In this document: positions 1 through 9,611 of the stretch, in pieces | How positions within the stretch are numbered: the stretch's first letter is position 1 | How the letters are laid out: the number at the start of each line of letters is the position of its first letter | Assembly (NCBI GenBank): GCA_031388175.1 | Contig: JANNEA010000177.1 | Coordinates: 9,076 to 73,075, forward strand | Direction of reading: 5' to 3' | From: Gammaproteobacteria bacterium | GTDB lineage: Bacteria; Pseudomonadota; Gammaproteobacteria; Natronospirales; JANNEA01 | DNA: 64,000 bases | Made by a program: the position numbers and the translations under genes | Notes under the pieces: model-generated | Seen by the model: only the letters and a program-made list of their open reading frames with translations | Database searches by the model: none | What the model was told of the DNA's origin: nothing

Positions 1-1164
1 GGGCCGCACGCCGGCAGCCGCTTCCTCGACAGCCTCGACGCCTGGTTCGACGCCGAGCAGGCGGATGCGCGCGGCGCTCTGCCGTTCGCGGGTGGCTGGT
101 TCATCTATCTCGGCTACGAACTGGCAGCCGAGGTCGAGCCAAGGCTCCGCCTCGATCGCGATGCCCGGCTGCCCGTCGCGGCCGCGGTGAGGGTCCACGC
201 TGCCGTGGTGCGCGATCATGCGACCGGCCAGATGTTCGCGATTGCAGAGCCTGATGCGGCTGACGCGCTCGACGAGATCGCGGCCGACGTGGCTCGGACG
301 ACACGGCTACCGCACGCGCCTGCCGGCCCCGTGCTGCGGGATGGCCTGGAGGAGGAGGGCGAGGCGGGCTACCTCGACGCTGTCGATCGCGCGCGCCGTT
401 ACATCCACGATGGCGACATCTTCCAGGCCAACCTTGCGCGACGCTGGACCGGAACCCTGGCCCCCGGTGCGGACGCGGCCGCGCTCTATGCGCGTCTGCG
501 CGAGCGGAACCCAGCGCCGTTCGCCGGGCTGGCGCGGCTTGGCGCTGCAACCATCGTCAGCTCGTCGCCAGAACGGCTGATAGAAGTGCGGGGCGGTTCA
601 ATCGCGACCCGCCCGATTGCTGGGACGCGGCGGCGCGACCCAGATCCGGTGCGCGATGCCGCACTTCGGGCCGAACTGATCGCGCATCCCAAGGAGCGTG
701 CGGAACACGTGATGCTGATCGACCTCGAACGCAACGATTTGTCGCGGATCAGCCTGCCCGGCACGGTCAAGGTCTCCGAGCTCATGGCGATCGAGAGCTA
801 CGCCACCGTCCATCACATCGTTTCGAATGTGGTGGGCCAGCGGCGCGCGGATGTGACCCCGGGCCAGACGATCGCGGCCGTGTTCCCAGGCGGGACCATC
901 ACCGGTTGCCCCAAGGTGCGCTGCATGGAGATCATCGCGGAGCTGGAACAGGCGCCGCGCGGCCCCTATACCGGATCGATGGGCTACCTCGATCGCAACG
1001 GTGACCTCGACCTCAACATCCTCATCCGTACCGTGCTGATCGTCGGCGACGTGGTGGAGTTTCGTGCGGGTGCCGGCATCGTCGCCGACTCAATCCCGGA
1101 GCGTGAACTCGCCGAGACGCGGCACAAGGCACGCGGTCTCACCCGCGCGCTGGTCGACGCATGA
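1..1164 (+). CDS. pabB: Aminodeoxychorismate synthase component I (PabB), N-terminus cut by window edge
   Basis: Frame 1 is open from nt 1 and continuous with track ORF 187..1164. Chorismate-utilising enzyme motifs are present (DIFQANLARRW, ERAEHVMLIDLERND, FPGGTITGCPKVRCMEII, GPYTGSMGY). The stop overlaps the pabC start (ATGA at 1161-1164). Confidence 0.85.
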   Translation, partial: GPHAGSRFLDSLDAWFDAEQADARGALPFAGGWFIYLGYELAAEVEPRLRLDRDARLPVAAAVRVHAAVVRDHATGQMFAIAEPDAADALDEIAADVARTTRLPHAPAGPVLRDGLEEEGEAGYLDAVDRARRYIHDGDIFQANLARRWTGTLAPGADAAALYARLRERNPAPFAGLARLGAATIVSSSPERLIEVRGGSIATRPIAGTRRRDPDPVRDAALRAELIAHPKERAEHVMLIDLERNDLSRISLPGTVKVSELMAIESYATVHHIVSNVVGQRRADVTPGQTIAAVFPGGTITGCPKVRCMEIIAELEQAPRGPYTGSMGYLDRNGDLDLNILIRTVLIVGDVVEFRAGAGIVADSIPERELAETRHKARGLTRALVDA

Positions 1165-1979
1165 TCTGGGTCGACGGTATCGCGACCCCGACCTTACCCG
1201 CGGACGACCGCGGGCTGCAGTACGGCGACGGCTTGTTCGAGACGATGCGGGTGGTGACCGGCCGTGTACCGCTGTTGGAACGCCACCTGGCGCGACTGAA
1301 CGCCGGTTGTGGACGACTCGCGTTGCCCGCACCGGAACCTGCGGCGCTGCGTTCCGAAATCGCGGCTGCGTGCGCCGGACACAACGACGCAGTCCTGAAG
1401 CTCGTGGTCACCCGCGGCAGCGGTGGCCGCGGCTACCGCGCACCGCCAGGCCCACGAACGAGGCGAGTGGTCAGTCTGTACCCGCGCAGGGAGTGGCAGT
1501 GCGAACCAGTCAGCGCCAGCATCCGCGCGCGAACCTGCTTGACGCGCTTGGCGATCGGCGGGCCTTTGGTCGGGCTCAAGCATCTGAACCGGCTCGAGCA
1601 GGTGTTGGCGCGCAGCGAATGGCAGGATGACACAATCGCCGAGGGGCTGATGCTCGACGCCGAGGGCATGATCGTGGCCGGCACGATGACGAACCTTTTC
1701 CTGGTGATCGACGGTGCGCTCCAAACGCCGGCGTTGGACCGCTGTGGTGTCGCGGGGATCGCACGTTCGATGGTGCTCGAACTCGCGGCTGAACTCGATC
1801 TTCAGGTCGCCCAGCGACGCATCACGGTCAGCGCGCTCGGCGATGCCGATGAGATCTTCGTCTGCAACTCGGTGGTCGGCGTGCGGCCGCTGTCCGAGCT
1901 CGATGGCCGCGCGCTGGCAACGGCACCGCTCACGGCGCGCGTCCGCGCGGCGCTCAGCTCGCGGGGCCTGGCAGCATGA
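1161..1979 (+). CDS. pabC: Aminodeoxychorismate lyase (class IV aminotransferase fold)
   Basis: N-terminal DRGLQYGDGLFETMRV and overall class IV PLP-enzyme pattern. Overlaps pabB and sits in the conserved pabC-mltG-tmk-holB order. Confidence 0.8.
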   Translation: MIWVDGIATPTLPADDRGLQYGDGLFETMRVVTGRVPLLERHLARLNAGCGRLALPAPEPAALRSEIAAACAGHNDAVLKLVVTRGSGGRGYRAPPGPRTRRVVSLYPRREWQCEPVSASIRARTCLTRLAIGGPLVGLKHLNRLEQVLARSEWQDDTIAEGLMLDAEGMIVAGTMTNLFLVIDGALQTPALDRCGVAGIARSMVLELAAELDLQVAQRRITVSALGDADEIFVCNSVVGVRPLSELDGRALATAPLTARVRAALSSRGLAA

Positions 1980-3010
1980 ACCGTTACCGTTGGTTCGTAT
2001 TGGCCGTGCTGTTGCTCGGGCTGGCCACCGGCGCCTGGTTGCGCAGCGAGTTCCTGCGCCTGTCGGACGCACCTGCCTCCGCCACGGTCACCACGCAACA
2101 AGTGATGGTCGCGCCAGGCAGCAGCGTCGCTGCGGTCGGCCGCCAGCTGCAGGCGATCGGGGCGATCGCGGCCGCGACCGATCTGACCTTGGCCTATCGG
2201 ATCTGGGGTGCAGGCGTGCCGATCCAGGCTGGTGAGTACGCGATCGCGCCCGGCGCGAGCGTGCGTGACCTGCTGCGCATGCTGCAATCCGGCGCGATCG
2301 TTCAGCATGCCTTGACCCTCGTGGAGGGCATGACCGTGCACGAGCTGCGAGCGCGGTTGCGCGCCGAGCCCGCGCTCCTGCACACGCTCGATGCGATCGC
2401 CGACGCCGACCTGCTGGCAGCCTTGGGCCTGCCTGCCGGGCATCCGGAGGGCCGCTTTCTCCCCGATACCTATCGCTTCCCACGCGGCACCACCGACCGC
2501 GATTTCCTGCGGCGGGCCAACGCGGCGCTCGAGCAAGCACTGGTCGAGGCCTGGGCCGGCCGCGCGGCCAAGCTGCCCCTGGACAGTGCTGCTGAGTTGC
2601 TGACCCTCGCCTCGGTGGTCGAGAAGGAAACGGGGGTCGCGGCGGAGCGCGCGCTGATCGCCGGGGTGTTCGTACGACGGCTGCAGAAGGGGATGCGCTT
2701 GCAGACCGACCCCACCGTAATCTACGGCCTCGGCACGCGGTTCGACGGTAACCTACGCAAGCAGGACTTAATGACAGACGGCCCCTACAACACCTACACC
2801 CGTCGCGGTCTGCCGCCGACGCCAATCTGCCTCCCCGGGCGCGAGGCGCTGCGCGCCGCGGCGCGGCCAGCTGCCGGCGACGCGCTCTATTTCGTCGCCA
2901 GTGGCGACGGTGGTCACGTGTTCAGCGCGACGCTCGAGCAGCACAACGCCGCGGTGCGCCGCTACCTCGATACGCTGCGCGCACGACGCCGCGGCGGGCG
3001 GGCGTCATGA
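1976..3010 (+). CDS. mltG: Endolytic murein transglycosylase MltG (YceG-like)
   Basis: N-terminal TM helix (WFVLAVLLLGLATGAW). YceG motifs LASVVEKETG, LQTDPTVIYG and YNTYTRRGLPPTPI are present. Start overlaps the pabC stop. Confidence 0.85.
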   Translation: MNRYRWFVLAVLLLGLATGAWLRSEFLRLSDAPASATVTTQQVMVAPGSSVAAVGRQLQAIGAIAAATDLTLAYRIWGAGVPIQAGEYAIAPGASVRDLLRMLQSGAIVQHALTLVEGMTVHELRARLRAEPALLHTLDAIADADLLAALGLPAGHPEGRFLPDTYRFPRGTTDRDFLRRANAALEQALVEAWAGRAAKLPLDSAAELLTLASVVEKETGVAAERALIAGVFVRRLQKGMRLQTDPTVIYGLGTRFDGNLRKQDLMTDGPYNTYTRRGLPPTPICLPGREALRAAARPAAGDALYFVASGDGGHVFSATLEQHNAAVRRYLDTLRARRRGGRAS

Positions 3011-3642
3011 GCGGGCGTTTCGTGGTCCTTGAGGGCATCGAGGGTGTCGGCAAGACGACGCAGATGGCGGTCGCGCGCGAACAGCTCCTGGCACCAGGTC
3101 GCGAGCTGGTGGTCACTCGCGAACCTGGCGGCACACCCTTGGCCGAACAGATCCGCGAGCTGGTCTTGGCACCGAGCGCCGAGCCTCTGCCGGCGAGCGC
3201 TGAACTCACGTTGATGTTCGCTGCACGCGCGGTGCACCTCGAGTCACTGATCCGACCAGCGCTGGCGCGCGGTGCTTGGGTCCTCTGTGACCGCTTCACC
3301 GACGCGAGCTACGCCTACCAGGGCGCCGGACGCGGGCTCGGTCGCGAGGCTGTCGCGGCGCTCGAGGAACTGGTGCAGGGCACGCTGCGCCCGGACCTCG
3401 TGGTCGTGCTCGATGCGCCGGTCGAAGTCGCGCTCGCCCGCGTCCGGGCCCGTCGGAGCGCTGCCGACCGGTTCGAATCCGAACGGGGTGAGTTCTTCGC
3501 GCGTGCCCGGCGCTGCTACCTCGAGCGAGCCGAATCTGCGCCGGCGCGCTATGTGATCATCGACGCCAGCGGCGATGTCGAGTCGGTGGCTGCGGCCCTG
3601 CGTCAGATCCTGCAAAGCGCGACCGCAGCCTGGCACACATGA
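3007..3642 (+). CDS. tmk: Thymidylate kinase
   Basis: P-loop region LEGIEGVGKTT, TREPGGT and DRFTDASYAYQG. ATGA overlap with mltG. Confidence 0.9.
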   Translation: MSGRFVVLEGIEGVGKTTQMAVAREQLLAPGRELVVTREPGGTPLAEQIRELVLAPSAEPLPASAELTLMFAARAVHLESLIRPALARGAWVLCDRFTDASYAYQGAGRGLGREAVAALEELVQGTLRPDLVVVLDAPVEVALARVRARRSAADRFESERGEFFARARRCYLERAESAPARYVIIDASGDVESVAAALRQILQSATAAWHT

Positions 3643-4661
3643 CCACGACACTGCTGCCGTGGCATGCAGAACCCTGGGCGGCGCTTGCGGCGCGGCGTCG
3701 CGACGGGCGGATGCCTCATGGCCTGCTGCTGAGCGGTCGCCGCGGCCTCGGCAAGAACGAGCTAGCCCTGCTGCTCGCGCGGTCGCTGTTGTGCGAAGCG
3801 GCGCCGGCGACGGCGCCCTGTGGCGCCTGCCGCGGCTGCATTCGATCCGAGGCGGGGACGCAACCTGACCTGCACCTGGTCTCGCGTCTGGTCGATGACG
3901 AAGGCAAGCAGGCGAGGGACATAAGCGTCGCCCAGATCCGCCAGCTCATCGCGACGCTGCAGCTTGCGGCACACGGCCACGGCTGGCGCTGCGCGATCAT
4001 CGAGCCAGCTGAGGCGATGAACCCCAGCGCCGCGAACGCCCTGCTCAAGACTCTCGAAGAGCCGCCCGCGAAGACGATCATCATGCTCGTGACGTCACGC
4101 CCGGATCGGCTGCCCGCGACGATCCGCAGCCGCTGCCAGCGCCTCGACTTGCATGCGCCACCGTTGGCACAGGCGCTCGCCTGGCTGGCGACGCGTTCGG
4201 CCCGCGACGATTGGGGGTTATGGCTCGGCCTGGCCGATGGCGCGCCGTTGGCGGCCGAAGTGCTGGCGGGCTCGCCGCTCGCCGCGCAACGCGGCGGTTG
4301 GGCACGGGCGCTGCTCGATCTGCCGGAAGGCCGTGGCGACCCGTTGCGCCTGGCTGAGGAGTGGAGCCGCATCGATGCACGCCTGCCGCTGCGCTGGTGG
4401 GCCAGCGTCGTCGCCGACCTCATCGTGCTGGCCCAGGCGGGTGAAGGGCGCCTGCGCAACCCCGACCTCGCCGGGGTTTTGAGAAACCTCGTCGGCCGCT
4501 TACACTTGGGCGCGCTGCATCGGTTCCTCGGGAGCCTGCAGCGGGCGCAGGGGATGCTGGAGACAAACGTCAGCCCCGTGCTCGTGCTGGAAGCACTTTT
4601 GATCGCCTGGGCAGCCAAGCTGGCCCCCGAGGCCATGCGACCGATCCTCGCCGACGACTAG
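3639..4661 (+). CDS. holB: DNA polymerase III delta-prime subunit
   Basis: HGLLLSGRRGLGK, a Cys cluster (CGACRGC), EPAEAMNPSAANALLKTLEEPP and TIRSRCQ. Synteny after tmk. Confidence 0.85.
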   Translation: MTTTLLPWHAEPWAALAARRRDGRMPHGLLLSGRRGLGKNELALLLARSLLCEAAPATAPCGACRGCIRSEAGTQPDLHLVSRLVDDEGKQARDISVAQIRQLIATLQLAAHGHGWRCAIIEPAEAMNPSAANALLKTLEEPPAKTIIMLVTSRPDRLPATIRSRCQRLDLHAPPLAQALAWLATRSARDDWGLWLGLADGAPLAAEVLAGSPLAAQRGGWARALLDLPEGRGDPLRLAEEWSRIDARLPLRWWASVVADLIVLAQAGEGRLRNPDLAGVLRNLVGRLHLGALHRFLGSLQRAQGMLETNVSPVLVLEALLIAWAAKLAPEAMRPILADD

Positions 4662-4686
4662 ATCGATAGATAGGGAGTACGACTCG

Positions 4687-5037
4687 ATGGCCGCACCGAC
4701 ACCGCGACAGGGCATCCTGACGCTGACCATCAAGGACAAGAGCGCGCTCTACGTCGCCTACATGCCGTTCATCAAGAACGGCGGGTTGTTCATCCCGACC
4801 AGCAAGCCTTACCGCCTCGGTGACGAGGTCTTCATCCTGTTGACGCTCATGGACCAGGCCGAACGCCTTCCGGTCGCCGGCCGCATCGTCTGGTTGACCC
4901 CGCGCGGCGCGCAGAACAAGCGCGCGGCGGGCATCGGCGTCCAGTTCTCCGAACAGGACGGCGGCCAGACCCAGAAGAAGATCGAGTCCTACCTCGCCGG
5001 CGCACTCGGCGCCGACCGTCCGACCCACACGATGTGA
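4687..5037 (+). CDS. pilZ: Type IV pilus assembly PilZ-domain protein
   Basis: 116-aa stand-alone PilZ fold (LTLTIKDKSALYVAYMPFIKNGGLFIPT...GIGVQF). It sits between holB and tatD, as pilZ does in Pseudomonas. Confidence 0.8.
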   Translation: MAAPTPRQGILTLTIKDKSALYVAYMPFIKNGGLFIPTSKPYRLGDEVFILLTLMDQAERLPVAGRIVWLTPRGAQNKRAAGIGVQFSEQDGGQTQKKIESYLAGALGADRPTHTM

Positions 5038-5090
5038 TTCGCTGACGCGCGGCGCGGCGGGCCGTGGCCCGCGCGGCGGGCGCGCTGACG

Positions 5091-5885
5091 ATGCTGGTCG
5101 ATTCCCACTGCCACCTCGACATGCTGGCGCCGGTGAAGGCGGGCGGCAGCGTCGACGGCGTGCTCGATGCGGCGCGCGCCGCCGGGGTCGAGGGCTTCCT
5201 CTGCGTCGGCGTCCACCCGGACTCGCAGGCCGCGATGCTCGCGCTGGTCGGCCAGCGCGCGGGCGTCTGGTGCTCAGCCGGCGTGCATCCGAGCTCCCAG
5301 CTCGAGGCCGAGCCTGACGTCGCCACGGTCGTCGGTTGGTGCGACGACCCGCGCATCATCGCGGTCGGTGAGACCGGCCTCGACTACCACTACGTCGACG
5401 CGGTTGCACCGGACCGGCAACGTGAGCGCTTCCGCACCCAGGTGCGCGCGGCACGTCAGATCGGGCTGCCGCTGATCATCCACACCCGTGAAGCACGCGC
5501 TGACACGCTGGCCATCCTGCGCGATGAGCGCGCTGGGGAGGTCGGTGGCGTGTTCCATTGCTTCACTGAAGACCGCGACACCGCCCTGGCTGCGATTGAA
5601 CTTGGTTTCGCGATCTCGTTCTCAGGCATCGTCACGTTTCGCAACGCTGGGCCGCTGCGCGCCCTGGCACGCGAGCTGCCGCTCGAATCACTATTGGTCG
5701 AGACCGACTCGCCCTACCTGGCGCCGATGCCGATGCGTGGCAGGGAGAACGAGCCGGCGTTCGTCCGCCACGTCGCCGATTGCATCGCCCGCGAGCGCGG
5801 CGTGGACCTGGCAACGGTGGCGGCGGCGACCAGCGCGAACTTCCACCGCATCTTCGCCCGCAGCGTTCGACCGCAGAAACGATGA
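5091..5885 (+). CDS. TatD-family metal-dependent deoxyribonuclease (YcfH-like)
   Basis: VDSHCHLD, GETGLDYHY, IIHTREA and VETDSPYLAP motifs. The track ORF begins at GTG 5064. I prefer ATG 5091 (MLVDSHCH) by alignment to the family N-terminus. Confidence 0.85.
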   Translation: MLVDSHCHLDMLAPVKAGGSVDGVLDAARAAGVEGFLCVGVHPDSQAAMLALVGQRAGVWCSAGVHPSSQLEAEPDVATVVGWCDDPRIIAVGETGLDYHYVDAVAPDRQRERFRTQVRAARQIGLPLIIHTREARADTLAILRDERAGEVGGVFHCFTEDRDTALAAIELGFAISFSGIVTFRNAGPLRALARELPLESLLVETDSPYLAPMPMRGRENEPAFVRHVADCIARERGVDLATVAAATSANFHRIFARSVRPQKR

Positions 5886-5933
5886 GGCCAGCTTGCGCCG
5901 GCCCCCGTGAATCGTCACGCGTAAGCCAGTGGC

Positions 5934-6977
5934 TCAGCTGCTGACCGACTGCAATCCACCCTTGAGCACCGAGGCCTTGAACCCGCGCTCCGAGAGGATG
6001 TACGCCGCCGCAGAAGAACGACGCCCGGTGTCGCAGCACACGACGTAGTGCAGCTTCGGGTCGATGGTGTCGACCTTGAGCCGGATGAAATAGAGCGGGA
6101 TGTTCAGCGCGTCGGCCTGGTGACCGGTCTCGAACTCGCCGGGCAGGCGCACGTCCAGCCATTTGCCGCCTTCCGCCACCAAAGCCTTGGCTTTGTTGTA
6201 ATCCACCCAGGACTGCATCGGCTCGGTGAGCAGCTTGCGGAAGTCTTCCTTGGCCAAACGCATCAGCTGGCCCGGCGTGAGCATGCTGATGGTGGCATTG
6301 CGCTTGGCTTCCGAGATCAGCGCTTCCTCGCCGAAGGAGTCGCCAGGACCGAGCTCAGCCAGACGGATGCCGGCCTTGTTGGTCGGTGTCTCGCGCGTCA
6401 CCACGCACTTGCCCTCGGTGATGATGTAGAAGAAATCGCCGTCATCACCCTGCTTGATGACCGTTTCGCCCGCCTTCAGCACCACCTGCTGCATGCGCAT
6501 GAACACCATCTGGATGTTCGCCGGCGGGATGCGATGGAAGGCCTTGGCCTGGAGGAGCTTCGCCATCCAGTCGTCACCGCCTTCCTCTTCATGTTGCAGT
6601 TCGCCGACCTCGAACGCACCGGTCTGGTCCCAGGTGAGCATGATGTCGAGCAGGTCGGAGTCGACCGCGAGGAACTCGATGTCAGTCTTGGCGCGCGCGC
6701 TCACGTGGCGTGGGCTCTGCGGCGCCAACGGGTGCTTGGCCTCTTCGGTACCGCCCTTGATCACGCGGACGACGTTTTCGCCAACGCGCAACTCGATCTC
6801 GCCGGAGATCACATAGATGGTGCGCTTGTCAGATTCACCCTGTTTGAACAGGTATCGCCCGGCGCCGAGGTCCTGGATCATGGACTTGCCGGAAAGATCC
6901 TGGATGTTCTCCGGCTTGAGCCCGTTGATGGGCGTCAGCGAGCGGAGCAGGTCCTTGTCTGGGGGTCTGGCAGCCAT
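5934..6977 (-). CDS. Protein with two cyclic-nucleotide-binding domains and a C-terminal rhodanese domain
   Basis: There are two CAP/cNMP-type beta-barrel modules (YLFKQGESDKRTIYVISGEIEL; VIKQGDDGDFFYIITEGKCVV...GPGDSFGEEALI...RNATI). The C-terminal rhodanese has an active-site loop with Cys (WLDVRLPGEFETGH...VVCCDTGRRSSAAAYIL). Confidence 0.75.
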   Translation of the reverse strand: MAARPPDKDLLRSLTPINGLKPENIQDLSGKSMIQDLGAGRYLFKQGESDKRTIYVISGEIELRVGENVVRVIKGGTEEAKHPLAPQSPRHVSARAKTDIEFLAVDSDLLDIMLTWDQTGAFEVGELQHEEEGGDDWMAKLLQAKAFHRIPPANIQMVFMRMQQVVLKAGETVIKQGDDGDFFYIITEGKCVVTRETPTNKAGIRLAELGPGDSFGEEALISEAKRNATISMLTPGQLMRLAKEDFRKLLTEPMQSWVDYNKAKALVAEGGKWLDVRLPGEFETGHQADALNIPLYFIRLKVDTIDPKLHYVVCCDTGRRSSAAAYILSERGFKASVLKGGLQSVSS

Positions 6978-7022
6978 TTTTCTCGTCAGCGCTCGCGACT
7001 AGCGTCGGTTGGAGATGATGAA

Positions 7023-7040
7023 TCCGGGCAGGAGCCCGGA
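7023..7040 (-). other. 7-bp GC hairpin (TCCGGGC-AGGA-GCCCGGA) between the thioesterase and the cNMP/rhodanese gene
   Basis: Perfect inverted repeat read directly from the sequence. It lies about 60 nt downstream of the thioesterase stop and has no clear U-tract, so a terminator role is uncertain. Confidence 0.3.
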
Positions 7041-7099
7041 CGCGGGGCAGTCTACCACAGGGGTCTGGGCGGGCTGCGGGACGAGTCCGGCGCGCCGGG

Positions 7100-7498
7100 T
7101 CACGGGGGCGGCACCGGGCGCGGCCGTCGGTCACGCCCGACATGGACGTAGGTCATCTTCGCCTGGGCAACCTTGACGTTGTCGGTGCGGCCCTCGTCGC
7201 TGCGCTCGCAGAAGACCGTAACGTCGACCGTGACGCTCGTGGTGCCGACCTTCGCGACGTCGGTATAGAAGCTCACCACGTCACCGACGAGGACCGGCTG
7301 CAAGAAGACGAACTCGTTGACCGCGACCGTGACGACCCGGCCGGCGGCGCGCCGGTTGGCCAGGATGGCGCCAGCGATGTCGGCGTGCGACATCAACCAG
7401 CCGCCGAAGATGTCGCCGATGCCGTTCGTGTCCTTAGGCATCGCCAGGGTCCTAACGGTGGCTTCCTGATCGGTCGGCGGTGTCTCGCGGAAGGACAT
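7100..7498 (-). CDS. Acyl-CoA thioesterase, hotdog fold (YciA-like)
   Basis: MPKDTNGIGDIFGGWLMSHADIAG...VTVAVNEFVFLQPVLVGDVV pattern typical of YciA/4HBT thioesterases. Lies directly downstream of the fadB-like gene. Confidence 0.75.
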   Translation of the reverse strand: MSFRETPPTDQEATVRTLAMPKDTNGIGDIFGGWLMSHADIAGAILANRRAAGRVVTVAVNEFVFLQPVLVGDVVSFYTDVAKVGTTSVTVDVTVFCERSDEGRTDNVKVAQAKMTYVHVGRDRRPRPVPPP

Positions 7499-7527
7499 CT
7501 AGCGTTGCTCCGTGTGGGGGTAGCGTC

Positions 7528-9582
7528 TCATGCCTGGTCCCAGCCCGTGTCCGGGCGGAACCTATCGCCGAACTGCTCATGCAGCGCTTGCATCCTGGCC
7601 CGCATCTGCGCCACGCCCGCTGGGCCGCCGGCGCGGATGTAGTTGATCGGACCCCCGCGGAACGGCGCGAAACCGGTGCCGAAGATCACGCCTGCATCCA
7701 GCTGCTCGGCATCAGCGACGATCCCCTCACGCAGGCAGGCGATCGCTTCGTTCAGCATCGGATAGATGAGGCGATCGGTCACTGCGGCCGTCGCGCCGCG
7801 GGCCTTGCTCCGGTCCTTGACCGGCTTGCCATCGACCCATTGGTAGAAGCCGCGACCGGTCTTCTTGCCGAGGTCCTTGCGTTCGACCTGTGCCGCAAGC
7901 TCGCGCGGCACCGGGATGTCGAACTCGCCCGCCAGGATCTTGCCAACGTGCAGGCAGACATCGAGGCCGACAGTGTCGGCGAGCTCGATCGGTCCCATCG
8001 GCATGCCGAAGTCGGTCGCTGCCTTGTCGATCGCCTCGAACGCGATGCCTTCCTGGTGCAGCACCACCGCTTCCATGAGGTAGGGCATCAGGATTCGATT
8101 GACCAGGAACCCCGGCGCCGACTTGCACGGCACGCCGAGCTTGTCGATGTGGCGACAGAACGCCAGCGCCTTCTGCACCATCACTGGATCGCTGTCGGCG
8201 GTACGGATGACTTCGACCAGCGGCATCAACGGCACCGGGTTGAAGAAGTGCACACCGACCAGCCGCCGTGGGTCGGTCAGACCGGCGGCAAGTGTCTCGA
8301 GCTTGATGCTCGAGGTGTTGGTGGCGAGCAGGGCGTCCTTGCGCATGCGCGGCTCGAGGTCGCGGTACAGCGCCTGTTTGGCTTCGACGTTCTCGAATAT
8401 CGCCTCGATGATCACGTCAGCGGCGGCGACGCCCTTCGAGTCGACGTCGGGCTTGAGGCGCGCCAGCGCGGCCGCGACCTTGGCCGGAGTCTTGAGCCGC
8501 TTCTCGAACAGGGTCTTGGCGCGGTCCAGCGCTGGCTGTACGTACTTCATCTCGCGGTCCTGCAGCGTGACTTCGTAGCCCCGCATCGCGCAGAGCGCAG
8601 CGATGTCGCCACCCATCACACCAGCACCGATCACGTGGACGCGCTTGAGGTCGAGGTCCTTGCGGTTGCCGAGAGCCTTGAGCTTGTCCTGCAGCAGGAA
8701 GACCCGCACCAGGTTGCGCGCGGTATCGCCGACCATGAGCTTGGCAATCGACCGTGCCTCCGCTTCGTACATCGCTGCATCGTCGCCCCAATGGCGACGC
8801 CAGAGGTCGATGATCGCGAATGGCGCTGGGTAGTGGTCCGGGTTCGCCTTGGCGCGGGTCGCGGCGGTGATCTTCTTGGCGATGAAACCGCGAACCAGCG
8901 GCCAACTGAGCGCACGCGCCAAAAGCGGCGGACGATGCTGTGACAGATCGCGTCGCAACAACGCGATCGCGGCGGGCCTCCAGTCGGCCTCCGCGACGAT
9001 GGCGTCGACCAGGCCGGCCTGCTTCGCGCGCTTCGCGTCGAGCGAGCGACCGGTGAGCATCAGTTCCATCGCCGCCTGGACCCCGGCGAGACGGATCGAG
9101 CGCACCGTGCCGCCAAAGCCAGGATGGATACCGAGCTTCACTTCGGGAAGCCCGAGTTGGACCTTCTCGTCATCGAGCGCGATGCGGTGGCGGCAGGCAA
9201 GCGCAAGCTCAAGGCCGCCGCCGAGCGCGAAACCGTTGATCACCGCGACGGTGGGGCAGGGCAGGCGCTCCAAGCGCTCCAGGACCTGCTGCCCACGCCG
9301 GATCAAGGCGTAGGCCTGCTCCGGCGACGTCAGCGTCGTGAACTCCTTGATGTCGGCACCAGCGATGAATCCGCCTTTCTTGCCGGAGTGGACCACCACG
9401 CCAAGGATCTGGACGCCTTCGAGTTCCGTGAGTTTCTGATCCAGCTCGAGCATCACACCGCCCGAGAGCACATTGGTGCTGGCCCCCGCCTTGTCGAAGC
9501 ACAGCCAGGCGACACGATCGGAATCGATCTCGAGGCGCCAATCGACGCCGGTGTTGGTGGCAGAGCCGGTGGAGGTCGGCAT
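7528..9582 (-). CDS. Bifunctional enoyl-CoA hydratase / 3-hydroxyacyl-CoA dehydrogenase (FadB/FadJ-like)
   Basis: N-terminal crotonase fold (VINGFALGGGLELALAC) and a central Rossmann 3-HCDH domain (VHVIGAGVMGGDIA) plus the C-terminal 3-HCDH domain. 684 aa. Confidence 0.85.
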   Translation of the reverse strand: MPTSTGSATNTGVDWRLEIDSDRVAWLCFDKAGASTNVLSGGVMLELDQKLTELEGVQILGVVVHSGKKGGFIAGADIKEFTTLTSPEQAYALIRRGQQVLERLERLPCPTVAVINGFALGGGLELALACRHRIALDDEKVQLGLPEVKLGIHPGFGGTVRSIRLAGVQAAMELMLTGRSLDAKRAKQAGLVDAIVAEADWRPAAIALLRRDLSQHRPPLLARALSWPLVRGFIAKKITAATRAKANPDHYPAPFAIIDLWRRHWGDDAAMYEAEARSIAKLMVGDTARNLVRVFLLQDKLKALGNRKDLDLKRVHVIGAGVMGGDIAALCAMRGYEVTLQDREMKYVQPALDRAKTLFEKRLKTPAKVAAALARLKPDVDSKGVAAADVIIEAIFENVEAKQALYRDLEPRMRKDALLATNTSSIKLETLAAGLTDPRRLVGVHFFNPVPLMPLVEVIRTADSDPVMVQKALAFCRHIDKLGVPCKSAPGFLVNRILMPYLMEAVVLHQEGIAFEAIDKAATDFGMPMGPIELADTVGLDVCLHVGKILAGEFDIPVPRELAAQVERKDLGKKTGRGFYQWVDGKPVKDRSKARGATAAVTDRLIYPMLNEAIACLREGIVADAEQLDAGVIFGTGFAPFRGGPINYIRAGGPAGVAQMRARMQALHEQFGDRFRPDTGWDQA

Positions 9583-9611
9583 GCGGGATGTCCTTAGTGG
9601 GCGGGCAGGGA

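Noticed and set aside
5041-5090. A GC-rich inverted repeat (GCGGGCC-GT-GGCCCGC, 5057-5072) between pilZ and tatD.
   Set aside because: The stem is only 6-7 bp with a 2-nt loop, in a run of GCG repeats. It is weak evidence for any specific element and probably reflects composition.
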